Assembly (NCBI GenBank): GCA_965248445.1
Contig: CBDFJG010000004.1
Location: 1,248,001-1,312,000, forward strand
Length of the DNA: 64,000 nt
Source of the DNA: Planctomycetota bacterium
Lineage (GTDB): Bacteria; Planctomycetota; JAJSAM01; JAJVHW01
Reading direction: 5' to 3'
The number at the start of each line of letters is the position of its first letter. The stretch's first letter is position 1. Below, in pieces: positions 10,957 to 21,417 of the stretch. The notes under the pieces are model-generated. The model saw only the letters and a program-made list of their open reading frames with translations. It did no database searches and was not told the DNA's origin. The position numbers were made by a program, and so were the translations under genes.

Positions 10957-12518
10957 AGGTAGCCCAGCCCTTCGAGCGACTCGCGCAACGCGGCCTCCTC
11001 CTCCGGGGTGAACCCGGGGGCAGTCGACCCGTCGGCGGACTCGAGCGCGCCCGTCGTGGACACCTCGCGGCCGTCGTCGAACGCCTCGAGCAACACCCGT
11101 CCGTCCAGACCCTCGGGCACCGAGAGTCCCATGCTGTGCAGGATCGTCGGCAGGCAATCGACGATGTGCCCCTCGATCGTGGCTCCGGCGCGCACGCCGG
11201 GACCGGCGAGCGCCACGAATCCGCGGGGACTGTGCTGGCCACCCGGCCGCTTGTGGGTGCGCACGACATCGCCACGCTCGAGCGAGATGCCGAACTCGAC
11301 ACCGTCCGCTGGCTCCGTCACAACGTCCGGCGCCAGCTCAGCGTGCGGTCCCTCGTACACGTCTTCGCGGCGCCGCACGCTGCGGAACGCCGGACGTCCG
11401 TCCGGAAGTTCGAGTGCGGTCAGCGCCGCAATCACCTCGTCACGCACCGTCTCGTAGTCGCTGTCGTCCACACATCCGTAGGGATACCGGCTGGCCAGGT
11501 TGACTCCGATCCCCGCCGTGTCGAGCGACCACGTGAACGCCCGCGTGCGCGACCAGTCCATGACCGTCGCCCCGCCGATGCCCACCTTAGCGAGAACGCG
11601 TCCGACCGCGCCCGTCACGCCTGCCCCGCCGCCGCCCTGGAAGTCCTCGAAGTAGTCCGGCCTCCGGCGCGCATACGGGTCCTCGCCCGGCGCTCCCCGG
11701 CCGGTCGCCAGGAGCCCGCGCTCCTGCAACCAGCGGTTCAAGTACACCTTGTGGGTCGCGTCCTGGAACCCGTGGTCGCTCATCAGCATGACGAGCGTGT
11801 CGTCGTCCGCCGCGGCGTTGAGCACGTCGCCGACGCACGCATCCACGAGAGCGAAGAACTCGTCGATCTTCTCCCGCACGGAACGCCAGAGAGAGTGCTG
11901 GATGCGATCGGTGTTGGTGAACACGGTGACCAGTAGGTCCCAGGGCTCGTTCTCCGCCAGATGCACGAACAGGTCGCGTCGCGCTCGCGTCATGGCGGCC
12001 ATCGCGTCGTACACCGTGTCGCTCGCATCGAGCATCTCGCGGTCCACGTCGATGCGGTAACCGGGGACCACCTCCTCGAGCTTCGCCTGGAGTTCCTTCG
12101 GATGCGTCCACTGCACCTTCCGGGACTCGGGGGTGAGCATCCCCGTGACAATCACTCCGTCGAACGCAGGCGGCGGCCAGGTGACCGGGATGTTCGCGAT
12201 CACCGGCCGGCGGCCCTGCGCAGCCACGGCGTCCCAGACCTTCGGGGCCTGCACGTCGCCGATGTTGGCGAGCTGCGTGTCTCCGCCGTCCCCGCGCTCC
12301 ACCACGAAGGAGTAGAGCCCGTGGCCGCCGGGCTGCCGTCCGGTCATGAACGACGCCCAAGCCGGCGCGGACACCGGCGGCAGCGTTGACCGCAGCACCC
12401 CTGAGGCCCCGCGCGCCATCAGCCCGCCGATGTGCGGCAGCTCTCCGCGGGCGACGAGCGGACGCATGACGGCCAGGTCCGCCGCGTCGAGGCCGATCAC
12501 CAGGACCCTGCGCTGCAT
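10953..12518 (-). CDS. AlkP-superfamily phosphodiesterase/phosphomutase
   Basis: VIGLDAAD, STLPPVSAPAWASFMTG, TDRIQH, MSDHGF, GQHSPRG, C-terminal LEGLGYL. Confidence 0.88.
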   Translation of the reverse strand: MQRRVLVIGLDAADLAVMRPLVARGELPHIGGLMARGASGVLRSTLPPVSAPAWASFMTGRQPGGHGLYSFVVERGDGGDTQLANIGDVQAPKVWDAVAAQGRRPVIANIPVTWPPPAFDGVIVTGMLTPESRKVQWTHPKELQAKLEEVVPGYRIDVDREMLDASDTVYDAMAAMTRARRDLFVHLAENEPWDLLVTVFTNTDRIQHSLWRSVREKIDEFFALVDACVGDVLNAAADDDTLVMLMSDHGFQDATHKVYLNRWLQERGLLATGRGAPGEDPYARRRPDYFEDFQGGGGAGVTGAVGRVLAKVGIGGATVMDWSRTRAFTWSLDTAGIGVNLASRYPYGCVDDSDYETVRDEVIAALTALELPDGRPAFRSVRRREDVYEGPHAELAPDVVTEPADGVEFGISLERGDVVRTHKRPGGQHSPRGFVALAGPGVRAGATIEGHIVDCLPTILHSMGLSVPEGLDGRVLLEAFDDGREVSTTGALESADGSTAPGFTPEEEAALRESLEGLGYL

Positions 12519-12566
12519 CGCGGCGAAGATACCCGTCTCCGACCATCGGCAGCGTAAGTTCGGGTC

Positions 12567-13451
12567 GTGCCACGGGTCAGCGTGATCGTGCCGGTCTTCA
12601 ACCGCCCCGCCTTCGTGGCGGAGGCGCTCCGTTCCGCACTGGCGCAGGAGTGCCCCGGGGGCTTCGAGGTCGTCGTGGTGGACGACGGCTCGACCGACGA
12701 GACACCGCAGGTCCTGGCCGCGCTAGCGGCAGAGGACGAGCGACTGCGCGTCATCCGGCAGGACAACTCCGGGCCCGCGGTCGCGCGCAACCGCGCGTTC
12801 GCCGAGTCCACCGGCGAGTTCCTCGCGCTCCTCGACAGCGACGACATCTGGATGCCGGGAAAGCTGGCCGCCCAGGTCACGCTGCTCGATACGCACCCGC
12901 GCGTCGCGCTGGTGCACGCCGAGGTCGAGGAGTTCTTCGAGGGCGCGGAGCGACAGTGGCGCCACCGGCCGCGGATCGTGTCCGGCGACGTGCTGGCGAC
13001 TCTCCTCAACCGCAACTCGATCCACACCATGACCGTCATGCTGCGGCGCAGCGTGATCGACGAAGTCGGCGGGTTCGATCCGACGTATCCGCCGTGCGAG
13101 GACTGGGACCTCTGGCTGCGCATCGCCGAGCACCACGAGTTCATGGGCGACCGCGAGCCCCGCGTGTGGGTCCGCATCCACGAGGGCGGAATCAGCAGCG
13201 ATCCGCTGGTGGTCTACGCACAGGCAACCCGCCTGCTCGCAGCAGCCGCAAAGCGTCTGGCCGCGCGCGGCAACGATGCCATGGCGTCGGAGGCCCGACG
13301 ACAAGCCGCCCGCTGGTACGTCAAGTACGGACGCCGCCTCGTGCGCGCCAGGCGCTCGGACGAGGCGCGCACGGCATTCGACGCGGCGATCCGCTTGCAC
13401 CCGCCGTCGCGTTTCGCGGTGATCAGGGCGCGGCTCTTCCCGAAGCGCTGA
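12567..13451 (+). CDS. Glycosyltransferase family 2
   Basis: VSVIVPVFN, VVVDDGSTD, NSGPAVARN, LLDSDD, EDWDLWLR. Confidence 0.92.
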   Translation: MPRVSVIVPVFNRPAFVAEALRSALAQECPGGFEVVVVDDGSTDETPQVLAALAAEDERLRVIRQDNSGPAVARNRAFAESTGEFLALLDSDDIWMPGKLAAQVTLLDTHPRVALVHAEVEEFFEGAERQWRHRPRIVSGDVLATLLNRNSIHTMTVMLRRSVIDEVGGFDPTYPPCEDWDLWLRIAEHHEFMGDREPRVWVRIHEGGISSDPLVVYAQATRLLAAAAKRLAARGNDAMASEARRQAARWYVKYGRRLVRARRSDEARTAFDAAIRLHPPSRFAVIRARLFPKR

Positions 13452-13477
13452 ACCCGCCCGCGCACGTCTCGACCGCC

Positions 13478-14593
13478 CTATCGCTCGACGGGCAGTCCCG
13501 ACGCCTCCCAGCCGTCGGTGCCGCTCGCCACGTTGAACACGCGGCGATATCCCTGTTCGATCAGGAAGAGCGTGGCGCGGGCGGAGCGCTGACCGCTGCG
13601 GCAGATCACGAGCATCTCCGCATCCTTCTGCTGTGGCAGGTCACCGAGCCGCGACGGCAGTTCGCCAAGCGGGACCAGCACGGCGCCGGGCGCGTGGCGC
13701 CCGCGCGGGCCGGAGTACTCCCACGGCTCGCGCACGTCGAGCAGGAACGGTGCAGCGTCACCGGTTGCGGTCCGGCGGCGATGGGCCTCGGCCGGCATCA
13801 CGAGCGGCACGGCGTCGACCGGTCCTGCGGCACACGCACCGCCGGTATCGCAGGCGGCGTCCGCGAGCACAGGATCGAGGGCGGGCATCGCGTGCTCGGC
13901 GTGATGCGCCGCGTGCGTCGGCGCGGTGCCGAGGTTCTTCGCGATGACGTCGAGCATCCAATCCGGCGTCGGTGAAGCGATCGCGCGCTGCCACGCGACG
14001 TACTCCTCCGGCGACAGGTCGGTCAACCGCGGGTTCCGCGTGCGCTCGGCGCCGAGGGTCGCGCTGTCTTCACCGACGTAGTCGTGGCCGGGGTGCACGA
14101 CGTGCTCGTCGTCGAAGCGGCTCAGACGCTGGAGGCTCTCCCAGTGGACGCGCGGATCGCCTCCCGGCAGATCGGTGCGACCGGCGCCGTCCTGCGCCAG
14201 GAACAGGAAGTCCCCGGTGAAGAGGTGATGACCTGCGCGCAGCGTGAGGCTGTCCGGCGTGTGCCCGGGCGTGTGCAGCACCTCGAGGGCGACCTCGCCA
14301 CACTCGATCACCTGTCCGTCGCGGAGCTTCTCGTTGGCGCCGTCGCACTCCGTGTCCTCGTAGAGCGCGTACGGCACACCAGTCGCCTTCGAGACGGCGC
14401 GCCCCCCGCTCAGGTGGTCGGCGTGAGTGTGGGTGTCGACGACGAGATCGAGAGAGAGTCCGCGTGAGTCGATGCCTGTGAGCACGCGGTCCACGTCCTG
14501 AAAGAGTGGATCGATCCAGACCGCACGTCCTGCTCGGGGACACGCCACCAGGTACGAGCGGCACGCAGCGGGTCCGATCTGCTCAATCAGCAT
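13478..14593 (-). CDS. Persulfide dioxygenase-like MBL hydrolase fused to a rhodanese
   Basis: DTHTHADHLSG, HTPGHT, FTGDFLF, GRTD, PGHDY; C-terminal LLDVREPWEY and ICRSGQRS. Confidence 0.87.
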   Translation of the reverse strand: MLIEQIGPAACRSYLVACPRAGRAVWIDPLFQDVDRVLTGIDSRGLSLDLVVDTHTHADHLSGGRAVSKATGVPYALYEDTECDGANEKLRDGQVIECGEVALEVLHTPGHTPDSLTLRAGHHLFTGDFLFLAQDGAGRTDLPGGDPRVHWESLQRLSRFDDEHVVHPGHDYVGEDSATLGAERTRNPRLTDLSPEEYVAWQRAIASPTPDWMLDVIAKNLGTAPTHAAHHAEHAMPALDPVLADAACDTGGACAAGPVDAVPLVMPAEAHRRRTATGDAAPFLLDVREPWEYSGPRGRHAPGAVLVPLGELPSRLGDLPQQKDAEMLVICRSGQRSARATLFLIEQGYRRVFNVASGTDGWEASGLPVER

Positions 14594-14743
14594 GTCAGCC
14601 TCCGGGTCGAGAGCCCGACAGTCTACTCCCGCCGATTTCGCCGCTCACGGCTCACGTGACGGGTAGCTTGGCGCGCGGAGTGTGAGGCACGAGTGGCAGC
14701 AGGCGGAGGCGGAGCCTGCTCTGCGAACCGGAGAGCGCACGGG

Positions 14744-15979
14744 ATGCAGGCGACGACACGCGGCGGGACCGACATCGGTCGGCGCCGCGAGCACAATGAG
14801 GACACGTTCCTCGTCGACGACGACATCGCGCTCGCGATTGTCGCCGACGGCATGGGCGGCCACGCGTGCGGCGAGGTCGCCTCGGAGCTCGCCGCTGAGG
14901 CCTTCCGCGACGCGGTGACAGGCGAGCGCGAGACCCTCTCGAAGTACGCCGCCGGAGGCGCATCGTCGGACGAGGTGCACGCGGTGCTCGAGAGCGCGAT
15001 GCTGATGGCGTGCAACACGGTCTACGAGGCCGCGGAGGACGATCCCTCCAAGCACGGGATGGGAACTACGTGCACGGCGGTGGTATTGGCGGGCGACCGG
15101 CTGTTCGCCGCGCACGTCGGCGACTCGCGGTTGTACTTGGTGCGCGACGACCAGGCGCTCCAGCTGACTCGAGATCACACCGTCCTGGCCCAGTTGGTGG
15201 CGCTCGGCCGCATCACCGCGGAGCAGGCCGCGGGCAGCGGTTACGCGGGGTATCGCAACGCGCTCGCCCGTGCAGTCGGCGTCACGCCCGAGGTCGAGGT
15301 CGACACGCTGTCGGTCGATGTGCTGCCGGGCGACGTCCTGCTGCTCGCCTCCGACGGTTTGACGACGTACTGCAAGCCCGCCGAGATCGCGGATCTCGCC
15401 GGTGGTAGCAAGGGCGACCTCGCAGAGAGACTGATCGCCGTCGCAAACGAGCGTGGCGGTCACGACAACATCACTGTCGTCACCGTTCACATGGCCGGCG
15501 ACGAATCGGACAACCTGCGCGCCGAGGTGCTCGCGTCGAAACTCGCCGCGCTGCGTCGCGTTCCGATGTTCGCGCTCCTCGAGCCGGAGAGGCTTCTCGA
15601 AGTGAGTGCACTCGCCGAGATCGTGGCGGTACCCAAGGATACGTACGTCGTCCGCAAGGGCGAGGCCGGCGACGCGCTCTACGCCGTGCTCGAGGGCACG
15701 GCGTGTGTGGCGTCCGAGGACGAAGAGGATCGCGAGCTGAGCGCCGGTGAGTTCTTCGGCGAATTCACTCTGCTCGACGTGCGCCGGCGAGCGACGGACG
15801 TCGTGACGACGGAGCCCTGCCGACTGCTGCGGCTCGACCGCGCCTCTCTGGCAGTGTTCCTCGAACGCTCTCCGCAGGTGGGCGTGCAACTGCTGTGGTC
15901 GCTCGCGCGATTCGTCTCCGGGCACGCGGGTTCAGGCGCCACAGAGGACGATGCGGACACGGCGGAGGACTCAGCGTAG
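14744..15979 (+). CDS. PP2C Ser/Thr phosphatase with a C-terminal cNMP-binding domain
   Basis: GRRREHNED, VADGMGGH, GMGTT, AHVGDSRLY, LASDGL, GGHDNIT; then GEAGDALY...GEFFGE...RRATDV. Confidence 0.9.
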   Translation: MQATTRGGTDIGRRREHNEDTFLVDDDIALAIVADGMGGHACGEVASELAAEAFRDAVTGERETLSKYAAGGASSDEVHAVLESAMLMACNTVYEAAEDDPSKHGMGTTCTAVVLAGDRLFAAHVGDSRLYLVRDDQALQLTRDHTVLAQLVALGRITAEQAAGSGYAGYRNALARAVGVTPEVEVDTLSVDVLPGDVLLLASDGLTTYCKPAEIADLAGGSKGDLAERLIAVANERGGHDNITVVTVHMAGDESDNLRAEVLASKLAALRRVPMFALLEPERLLEVSALAEIVAVPKDTYVVRKGEAGDALYAVLEGTACVASEDEEDRELSAGEFFGEFTLLDVRRRATDVVTTEPCRLLRLDRASLAVFLERSPQVGVQLLWSLARFVSGHAGSGATEDDADTAEDSA

Positions 15980-16057
15980 ACGGCCGACGGCGGCTCCGGC
16001 AACGCTTGACGGCGCTCCGGGGGGGTGGGTACAAGCCGCGGTTCCGACGACTCCGGT

Positions 16058-16133
16058 GGCGGCGTAGCTCAGGGGTTAGAGCGGCGGATTCATAACCCGC
16101 AGGTCGCTGGTTCAATTCCAGCCGCCGCTACCA
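16058..16133 (+). tRNA. tRNA-Met (CAT), elongator type
   Basis: Acceptor GGCGGCG/CGCCGCT, D-arm GCTC/GAGC, anticodon loop TTCATAA, T-loop GTTCAATTC, encoded CCA. Paired position 1 argues against initiator tRNA; G4/G5 argue against Ile2. Confidence 0.93.
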
Positions 16134-16335
16134 CGAGTCGCTCGGGACGCTCGCTCCTCCACCGCGAGAGCCACCTGGCGGCTGGAATCTCCCAGCGCCC
16201 TACGGCACGCCGGCTATGCCGGCGCACCTGGTCGCGGGTTGCCTTCGACGGCTACGCCGCCTCGGCCACGTCGCTGCGCTCCGTTCAATCAAGCCGCCGC
16301 TACCACGAGTCGCTCGGGACGCTCGCTCCTCCACC
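16120..16335 (+). repeat. 44-bp direct repeat of the tRNA-Met 3' end plus trailer (16120-16163 and 16292-16335)
   Basis: AGCCGCCGCTACCACGAGTCGCTCGGGACGCTCGCTCCTCCACC occurs twice, 172 bp apart; each copy is preceded by GTTCAAT. Confidence 0.9.
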
Positions 16336-16504
16336 ACCACCTTCGTCCGGCGGAATCGGACAGCGTCTCCCGCAGGGGAGTAGAGCAGCGCGGATCGGAC
16401 ACCCCCGCGGCGCCCGGGCGGGGAGCGTTCCGTCGTCAAGGACGCGCGACGGTTGCCCGCGGTTACATCACGTCCGAGAGCGGCCGCGGACGTACGCTGC
16501 GCCG

Positions 16505-17191
16505 GTGCGGACCGGTGTACTACTGCTCGACCTCTTCCACACGCTCGTTCACGTGCGCGCGGGGACGCCGACCTGGTCCATCCTCGGAGTCCCGAAAGAC
16601 GCGTACGAGGAGTCGTTCTACGACGATCGCGACGGACGGGCAGAGGGCCTCGTGCGCGACCCCGTCGAGTGCATGCGCATGGTTGCTCACGCCATCGATC
16701 CCGACATCCCGATGTCGCGGATCCGGACAGCCACCGAGACGCGCGAAGTGCGCTTCGCCGACGCGTTCACGAAGCTGCCCCACGGTGTCGAGGACGGCAT
16801 CCGGCGGCTCTCCGAGTCGGGAGTCCGCCTCGGGCTCGTCTCGAACGTGATGCACGGCGAAGCCGTGGGGTGGGTGGACAGCGCCATCGCGGCCCACTTC
16901 GAGACCGCGGTCTTCTCGTGCGACGTCGGAATCGTCAAGCCAGACCGGGGCATCTACGACCTCGCGCTCGAGGCGCTCGGCACGCCTCCGGAGCAGGCCT
17001 GGTTCGCGGGCGACGGAGGGAGTGACGAACTCCGCGGCGCGCGCGACATCGGGCTGACGAGCGTCCTCGTCACGCACGTCTTGGATGAGATCGCGCCTCA
17101 CCGCGTCGTCGAACGCCGCGCGCACGCACACCACGTCGTACGCGGAATCGACGATCTCGCGGACCTTGTGCTCGAGACTGCATCCGCATGA
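16505..17191 (+). CDS. HAD-family hydrolase
   Basis: LLDLFHTLV (motif I variant), LGLVSN, SCDVGIVKPD, FAGDGGSDELRGA. The track's 16025 start runs through the tRNA. Confidence 0.85.
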   Translation: MRTGVLLLDLFHTLVHVRAGTPTWSILGVPKDAYEESFYDDRDGRAEGLVRDPVECMRMVAHAIDPDIPMSRIRTATETREVRFADAFTKLPHGVEDGIRRLSESGVRLGLVSNVMHGEAVGWVDSAIAAHFETAVFSCDVGIVKPDRGIYDLALEALGTPPEQAWFAGDGGSDELRGARDIGLTSVLVTHVLDEIAPHRVVERRAHAHHVVRGIDDLADLVLETASA

Positions 17192-17889
17192 CACCCACCG
17201 CGGGTCCGCCGCTGACGCTCACGGGCGGGCTCTCTCCGCAGACCGCTCTCGGCGTCGTCGTCGCGCGCGGGATCTCACTCACGGCCGCGACCTCGACCCT
17301 CGACACGGCGATCGACGAACTCGTGCAGGTGCGGCAGCGTGGCGACTTCCCGCCCGCGGAGTTGAAGGCGGGCGTGCGTGCGCTGCTGCGTTTCGGCGGT
17401 TACAAGCCGTCCGGCCGCGGCAAGCCGGCAAGCGAGTACCTCGCCGGCGCAGCCCGGAAGGGAGCGTTCCCGCGGTTGAGTCCGCTGGTGGACACGGCCA
17501 ACCGTTACTCGCTGCTCACCGGTCTGCCGATCTCGCTGGTCGATCTCGACCTCGCCGCACCGCAGGGAGAGCCGCTCGTCGCGCGACTCGGTCACGAGGG
17601 AGAGCGCTACGTGTTCAACCAGTCCGGGCAGGACATCAACATCGCGGGACTCTTGGTGCTGGCGCGCGAGGGCGGCGACGCATTCGCCAATCCGGTAAAG
17701 GACTCGCTCGCAACACGCACGCACGACGGTACGAAGAACGCGCTCGCCGTGATCTACGGTACGACGGCGGTGGCAACGGCCGACATCATCGAGCGGATGG
17801 CCGCGCAGCTGGGGGCGGAGTTCGCCCGTCACGCAGGCGCGACTGGGATTTCCTCCGTTGTGCTGACCGCTGCTCCGCCGGTCGCGTAG
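17188..17889 (+). CDS. Stand-alone B3/B4 (PheT editing-like) domain protein
   Basis: GYKPSGRGKPASEYL, SPLVDTANRYSL..GLPISLVDLD. Confidence 0.8.
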   Translation: MTPTAGPPLTLTGGLSPQTALGVVVARGISLTAATSTLDTAIDELVQVRQRGDFPPAELKAGVRALLRFGGYKPSGRGKPASEYLAGAARKGAFPRLSPLVDTANRYSLLTGLPISLVDLDLAAPQGEPLVARLGHEGERYVFNQSGQDINIAGLLVLAREGGDAFANPVKDSLATRTHDGTKNALAVIYGTTAVATADIIERMAAQLGAEFARHAGATGISSVVLTAAPPVA

Positions 17890-17904
17890 GATCGCCTGCA
17901 CACC

Positions 17905-20166
17905 GTGTCGCGACACACACTCCCGCTGACGTCCGCGCTGGTTCTCCTGCTCGCAGCTTGCGGCGACGCGCGCGGGCAGGACGACAAGCCGGCGCCCCCG
18001 CCTCCGCCGAGGAACCCTGCGATGGACGATCACGACAACGCGGGCGCTAACACGGCAGCAGAGCACGGCAAGACAGGAGAACACGGGCACACGAACCGGC
18101 TGGCGCAGGAGTCGAGTCCGTACCTGCTGCAACACCAGCACAACCCGGTGGACTGGTACCCGTGGGGCGAGGAGGCGTTCGCCAAGGCCGAGAAGGAAGA
18201 CAAGCCCGTCTTCCTCTCCATCGGCTATTCGACCTGCCATTGGTGCCACGTGATGGAGCGTGAATCGTTCGAGAACGACGACATCGCAGCGGTCCTGAAC
18301 AAGCACTTCGTCGCGATCAAGGTGGACCGCGAGGAGCGTCCCGACGTGGATGCCGTCTACATGGCATCGGTCCAGGCGATCGGCGGCCGCGGCGGCTGGC
18401 CGCTGTCCGTGTGGATGACTGCAGACGGCAAACCGTTCTTCGGGGGAACGTACTTCCCGCCGGAGGACCGCTACGGCCGCGCCGGCTTCAAGACGGTTCT
18501 CCTGCGCATCGAGGAACTCTGGCGCACCGACCGGCTTGGGCTGATCGAGCGTTCGAACCAGCTCCTCGAGCACGTGCGCGCTCAGAACTCGGCGAAGGGC
18601 GGAGCCGAACTCGACGCCGAGGTGCTCGCCCTCGCCGTGCGGCAGTACCAGGGCGCGTTCGACTCGGAGCGCGGCGGCTTCGGACCCGCCCCGAAGTTCC
18701 CGCGGGCGTTCTCCCACTGGTTCCTCCTGCGGCAGGCTGGCGAGCGCCGCACGCAGATCGAACCGATGGTCCGCCGGACTCTCGACGCAATGCGCCTCGG
18801 GGGCATCCACGATCACGTGGGCGGCGGCTTCCACCGCTACTCGACGGACACCGACTGGCTCGTCCCCCACTTCGAGAAGATGCTCTACGACCAGGCGATG
18901 CTCTCGCGTGCGTATGCGGAGGCGTACCAGGTGTTGCACGACGAGCGCTACGCCGAGACCGCGCGCGATGTCCTCGAGTACGTCCTGCGCGACCTGCGCG
19001 ACCCTGCCGGGGGATTCCACTCCGCAGAGGACGCGGACTCCGAGGGCGAGGAAGGAAAGTTCTACGTCTGGACGCGCAAGGAACTCGTCGAGGTGCTCGG
19101 GGCCGAGGACGGCAAGCTCATCGCCGATGTCTACGAGGCGACCGACGCCGGCAACTTCATCGACGAGGCGGCGCGCGCGCGCAACGGCACCAACATCCCC
19201 CACCTCTCACGCGACCTGCGCGAGCACGCTGCGGCCCGGCGCGTGGATGTCGCAGCGTTCGAGACGCGTCTCGCCGGTCTACGCGACAAGCTCCTGGCGG
19301 TGCGGGACAAGCGCATCCGGCCGGGCCTCGACGACAAGGTGCTGACGGACTGGAACGGCCTCATCATCGGATCGCTCGCTTACTCCGGGCGTGTGCTCGA
19401 CGAGCCGCGCTACATCGCGGCGGCGACCGAGGCGGCGGAGTTCGTGCTGCGCGAGATGTGGGACGGCAACAGGCTGCTCCACCGCTACCGCCGCGGGGAG
19501 AAGGGCATCGACGGCTTCCTGGAGGACTACGGCTACCTGGCGCACGGCCTCTTCGAGCTGCACCAGTCGACGCAGGATCCCAAGTGGCTGCGGGCCGCGC
19601 GCGATCTGCTGCACGTGATGATCGACCGCTTCCACGACGCTGAGGGCGGCGGCTTCCACCTGGCGTCGCGCGGCGGCGAGGTTCTGGTCGCGAAGACCAA
19701 GGAGCTGTACGACGGCGCACTCCCCTCGGGCAACTCCGTCGCGCTCCACGAACTCCTTCGGCTCGGGCGGCTGCTCGGGGACGAGCGCATGCTCTCGGTC
19801 GGACGCGCAACGCTGAAGGCGTGGTCCGGCACCATCTCACGGCACCCCATGGGCTACGCGTTCGCGCTGCTCGGCCTCGATCTCGAGGTCGGGACCGCAC
19901 GCGAAGTCGTGATCGCCGGGGATCCGGCGGCGGAGAGCACCAAGGCGATGCTCGCGGCGGTACGACGCCGCTACGCGCCCCGTGATCTCGTGCTCCTGCA
20001 CCCGACGGGCCCTGCCGGCGACGACCTGCGCAAGCTCGCGCCCTTCGTGGCGGCGCAGGGTCCGGTGGACGGGCGAAGCGCGGCCTACGTCTGCACGGAT
20101 CGCGCGTGCCAGGCCCCCGTCACCACCGCAGCGAAGCTCGTAGAGACCCTCAACAGCGCTGAGTGA
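17905..20166 (+). CDS. YyaL/SPATA20-like thioredoxin-domain protein, possible lipoprotein
   Basis: [54 protein letters not shown]-terminal LLLAAC lipobox. Confidence 0.93.
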   Translation: MSRHTLPLTSALVLLLAACGDARGQDDKPAPPPPPRNPAMDDHDNAGANTAAEHGKTGEHGHTNRLAQESSPYLLQHQHNPVDWYPWGEEAFAKAEKEDKPVFLSIGYSTCHWCHVMERESFENDDIAAVLNKHFVAIKVDREERPDVDAVYMASVQAIGGRGGWPLSVWMTADGKPFFGGTYFPPEDRYGRAGFKTVLLRIEELWRTDRLGLIERSNQLLEHVRAQNSAKGGAELDAEVLALAVRQYQGAFDSERGGFGPAPKFPRAFSHWFLLRQAGERRTQIEPMVRRTLDAMRLGGIHDHVGGGFHRYSTDTDWLVPHFEKMLYDQAMLSRAYAEAYQVLHDERYAETARDVLEYVLRDLRDPAGGFHSAEDADSEGEEGKFYVWTRKELVEVLGAEDGKLIADVYEATDAGNFIDEAARARNGTNIPHLSRDLREHAAARRVDVAAFETRLAGLRDKLLAVRDKRIRPGLDDKVLTDWNGLIIGSLAYSGRVLDEPRYIAAATEAAEFVLREMWDGNRLLHRYRRGEKGIDGFLEDYGYLAHGLFELHQSTQDPKWLRAARDLLHVMIDRFHDAEGGGFHLASRGGEVLVAKTKELYDGALPSGNSVALHELLRLGRLLGDERMLSVGRATLKAWSGTISRHPMGYAFALLGLDLEVGTAREVVIAGDPAAESTKAMLAAVRRRYAPRDLVLLHPTGPAGDDLRKLAPFVAAQGPVDGRSAAYVCTDRACQAPVTTAAKLVETLNSAE

Positions 20167-20212
20167 GATGGGGCCGACTGAGGCCCCCGGGGCTCTCGAG
20201 GAACTGCGGTGC

Positions 20213-21250
20213 TCACCACTGGCGCTTGTTGCGGAAATCGTCGTGGCACGACTTGCAGCCGGCCTTGACGTCGGTGTACGCGGCCTCCGACGCGACGGAG
20301 TCACTGCGCCTGAGCGCGTCCTCGAGGCTCTTGGCGGCGGTCTCCGAGCGAGACAGGTGCGCGGCGAACGCATCGCCGAGCTTCTTCGCCTCGTCGGTCC
20401 GCGCGATCTCGCGGAAGTGCTCCCAGATCATGCGCGCCTCGTGCGGCGGGTCGACGTCGGGGTTCTGGGCGGGCACGGTCCACTTCGCCTCGCGGGAGTC
20501 CTGCAGATTGCTGAACCGCTCGTCCACGTGGACCATCGCGTCCACCAGCCCCGCCGGGGCGACGTAGGACGGCAGGTCCGCGGGCACGGCCGCCACGGCC
20601 TCTCGGTCGGGCACGAACGCCTGCACGTCCGCGTAGAGGCCCGTGTACTTCGCGCTCGTGCCGCTCAGCTTCATGGCCGCGACGGCCTCGTCGTTCGAGA
20701 TGCCCTCGAGCGCGATGCGCGCGATCATCGTCGCCGTCGGGCCGCGGTGCAGGCCGTGATGGCAGTGCACGTACACGGGTCCGTCCGACGATTCGACGGC
20801 CTTGGTGATGCGTGCGGCCTGCTCGGCCTCGACGCCGTGGTACCCGATCGGGATGTGCACGTAGCGCAGGCCGTGCTTGGCGGCGTTCTCGAGATCCGGA
20901 CGGGCGCCGTCCACCGACAGCACCGTCGTGTAGCCGAGGGCGGAGAGGTTCTGGAACGCGACCTCGCCGCCGGGCTGCGCCCCCTGGCCGAGCCGGTGTG
21001 TCCAGCGCCGGTGGTGGTGCAGCCCGAGCGGCTCGCCGTGCTCGTCCAGGAGCACCTCGGACGGGGTCTCGAATGCGGTAACGGCACCCGGCCGGTCGTC
21101 CGGAGCCGGCGTGGACGTCCCGGGCGAGTCCGCGCAGGCCGCGGCGGCCAGCACCGCCAGCATCGCCACCAGGCTCCCGGCGAGGAGCCTCGTGCGATGG
21201 CCGCTCCTCTGGTTTCTCTGGGCTCGGGTGGGCTTCTGGCGCGCGCGCAT
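20213..21250 (-). CDS. Exported DUF442/PTP-like (CX5R) domain protein with C-terminal CxxCH heme-c motif
   Basis: Hydrophobic signal ending LAAAAC; VYVHCHHGLHRG; helical C-terminus ending GCKSCHDDFR. Confidence 0.75.
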   Translation of the reverse strand: MRARQKPTRAQRNQRSGHRTRLLAGSLVAMLAVLAAAACADSPGTSTPAPDDRPGAVTAFETPSEVLLDEHGEPLGLHHHRRWTHRLGQGAQPGGEVAFQNLSALGYTTVLSVDGARPDLENAAKHGLRYVHIPIGYHGVEAEQAARITKAVESSDGPVYVHCHHGLHRGPTATMIARIALEGISNDEAVAAMKLSGTSAKYTGLYADVQAFVPDREAVAAVPADLPSYVAPAGLVDAMVHVDERFSNLQDSREAKWTVPAQNPDVDPPHEARMIWEHFREIARTDEAKKLGDAFAAHLSRSETAAKSLEDALRRSDSVASEAAYTDVKAGCKSCHDDFRNKRQW

Positions 21251-21417
21251 CGTCGTGATCCCTCCGTCACGCACCGGGGTGCGTGGCAGACCAGGCGCAA
21301 GGGACGTACCGCTCGGCCGCCCGGCGGCTCAGGCACCGCGAGCGTATCGTCTCCGGTACACGTCCCGTCGGGGTAACCGCGGGCAGGCGTGGGCGGACAC
21401 GCAGTACGATCCCCTCC

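Noticed and set aside
16120..16335. CRISPR array
   Set aside because: Only two copies, derived from the tRNA end, with a 128-bp spacer and no cas genes. No CRISPR array was seen anywhere in the window.
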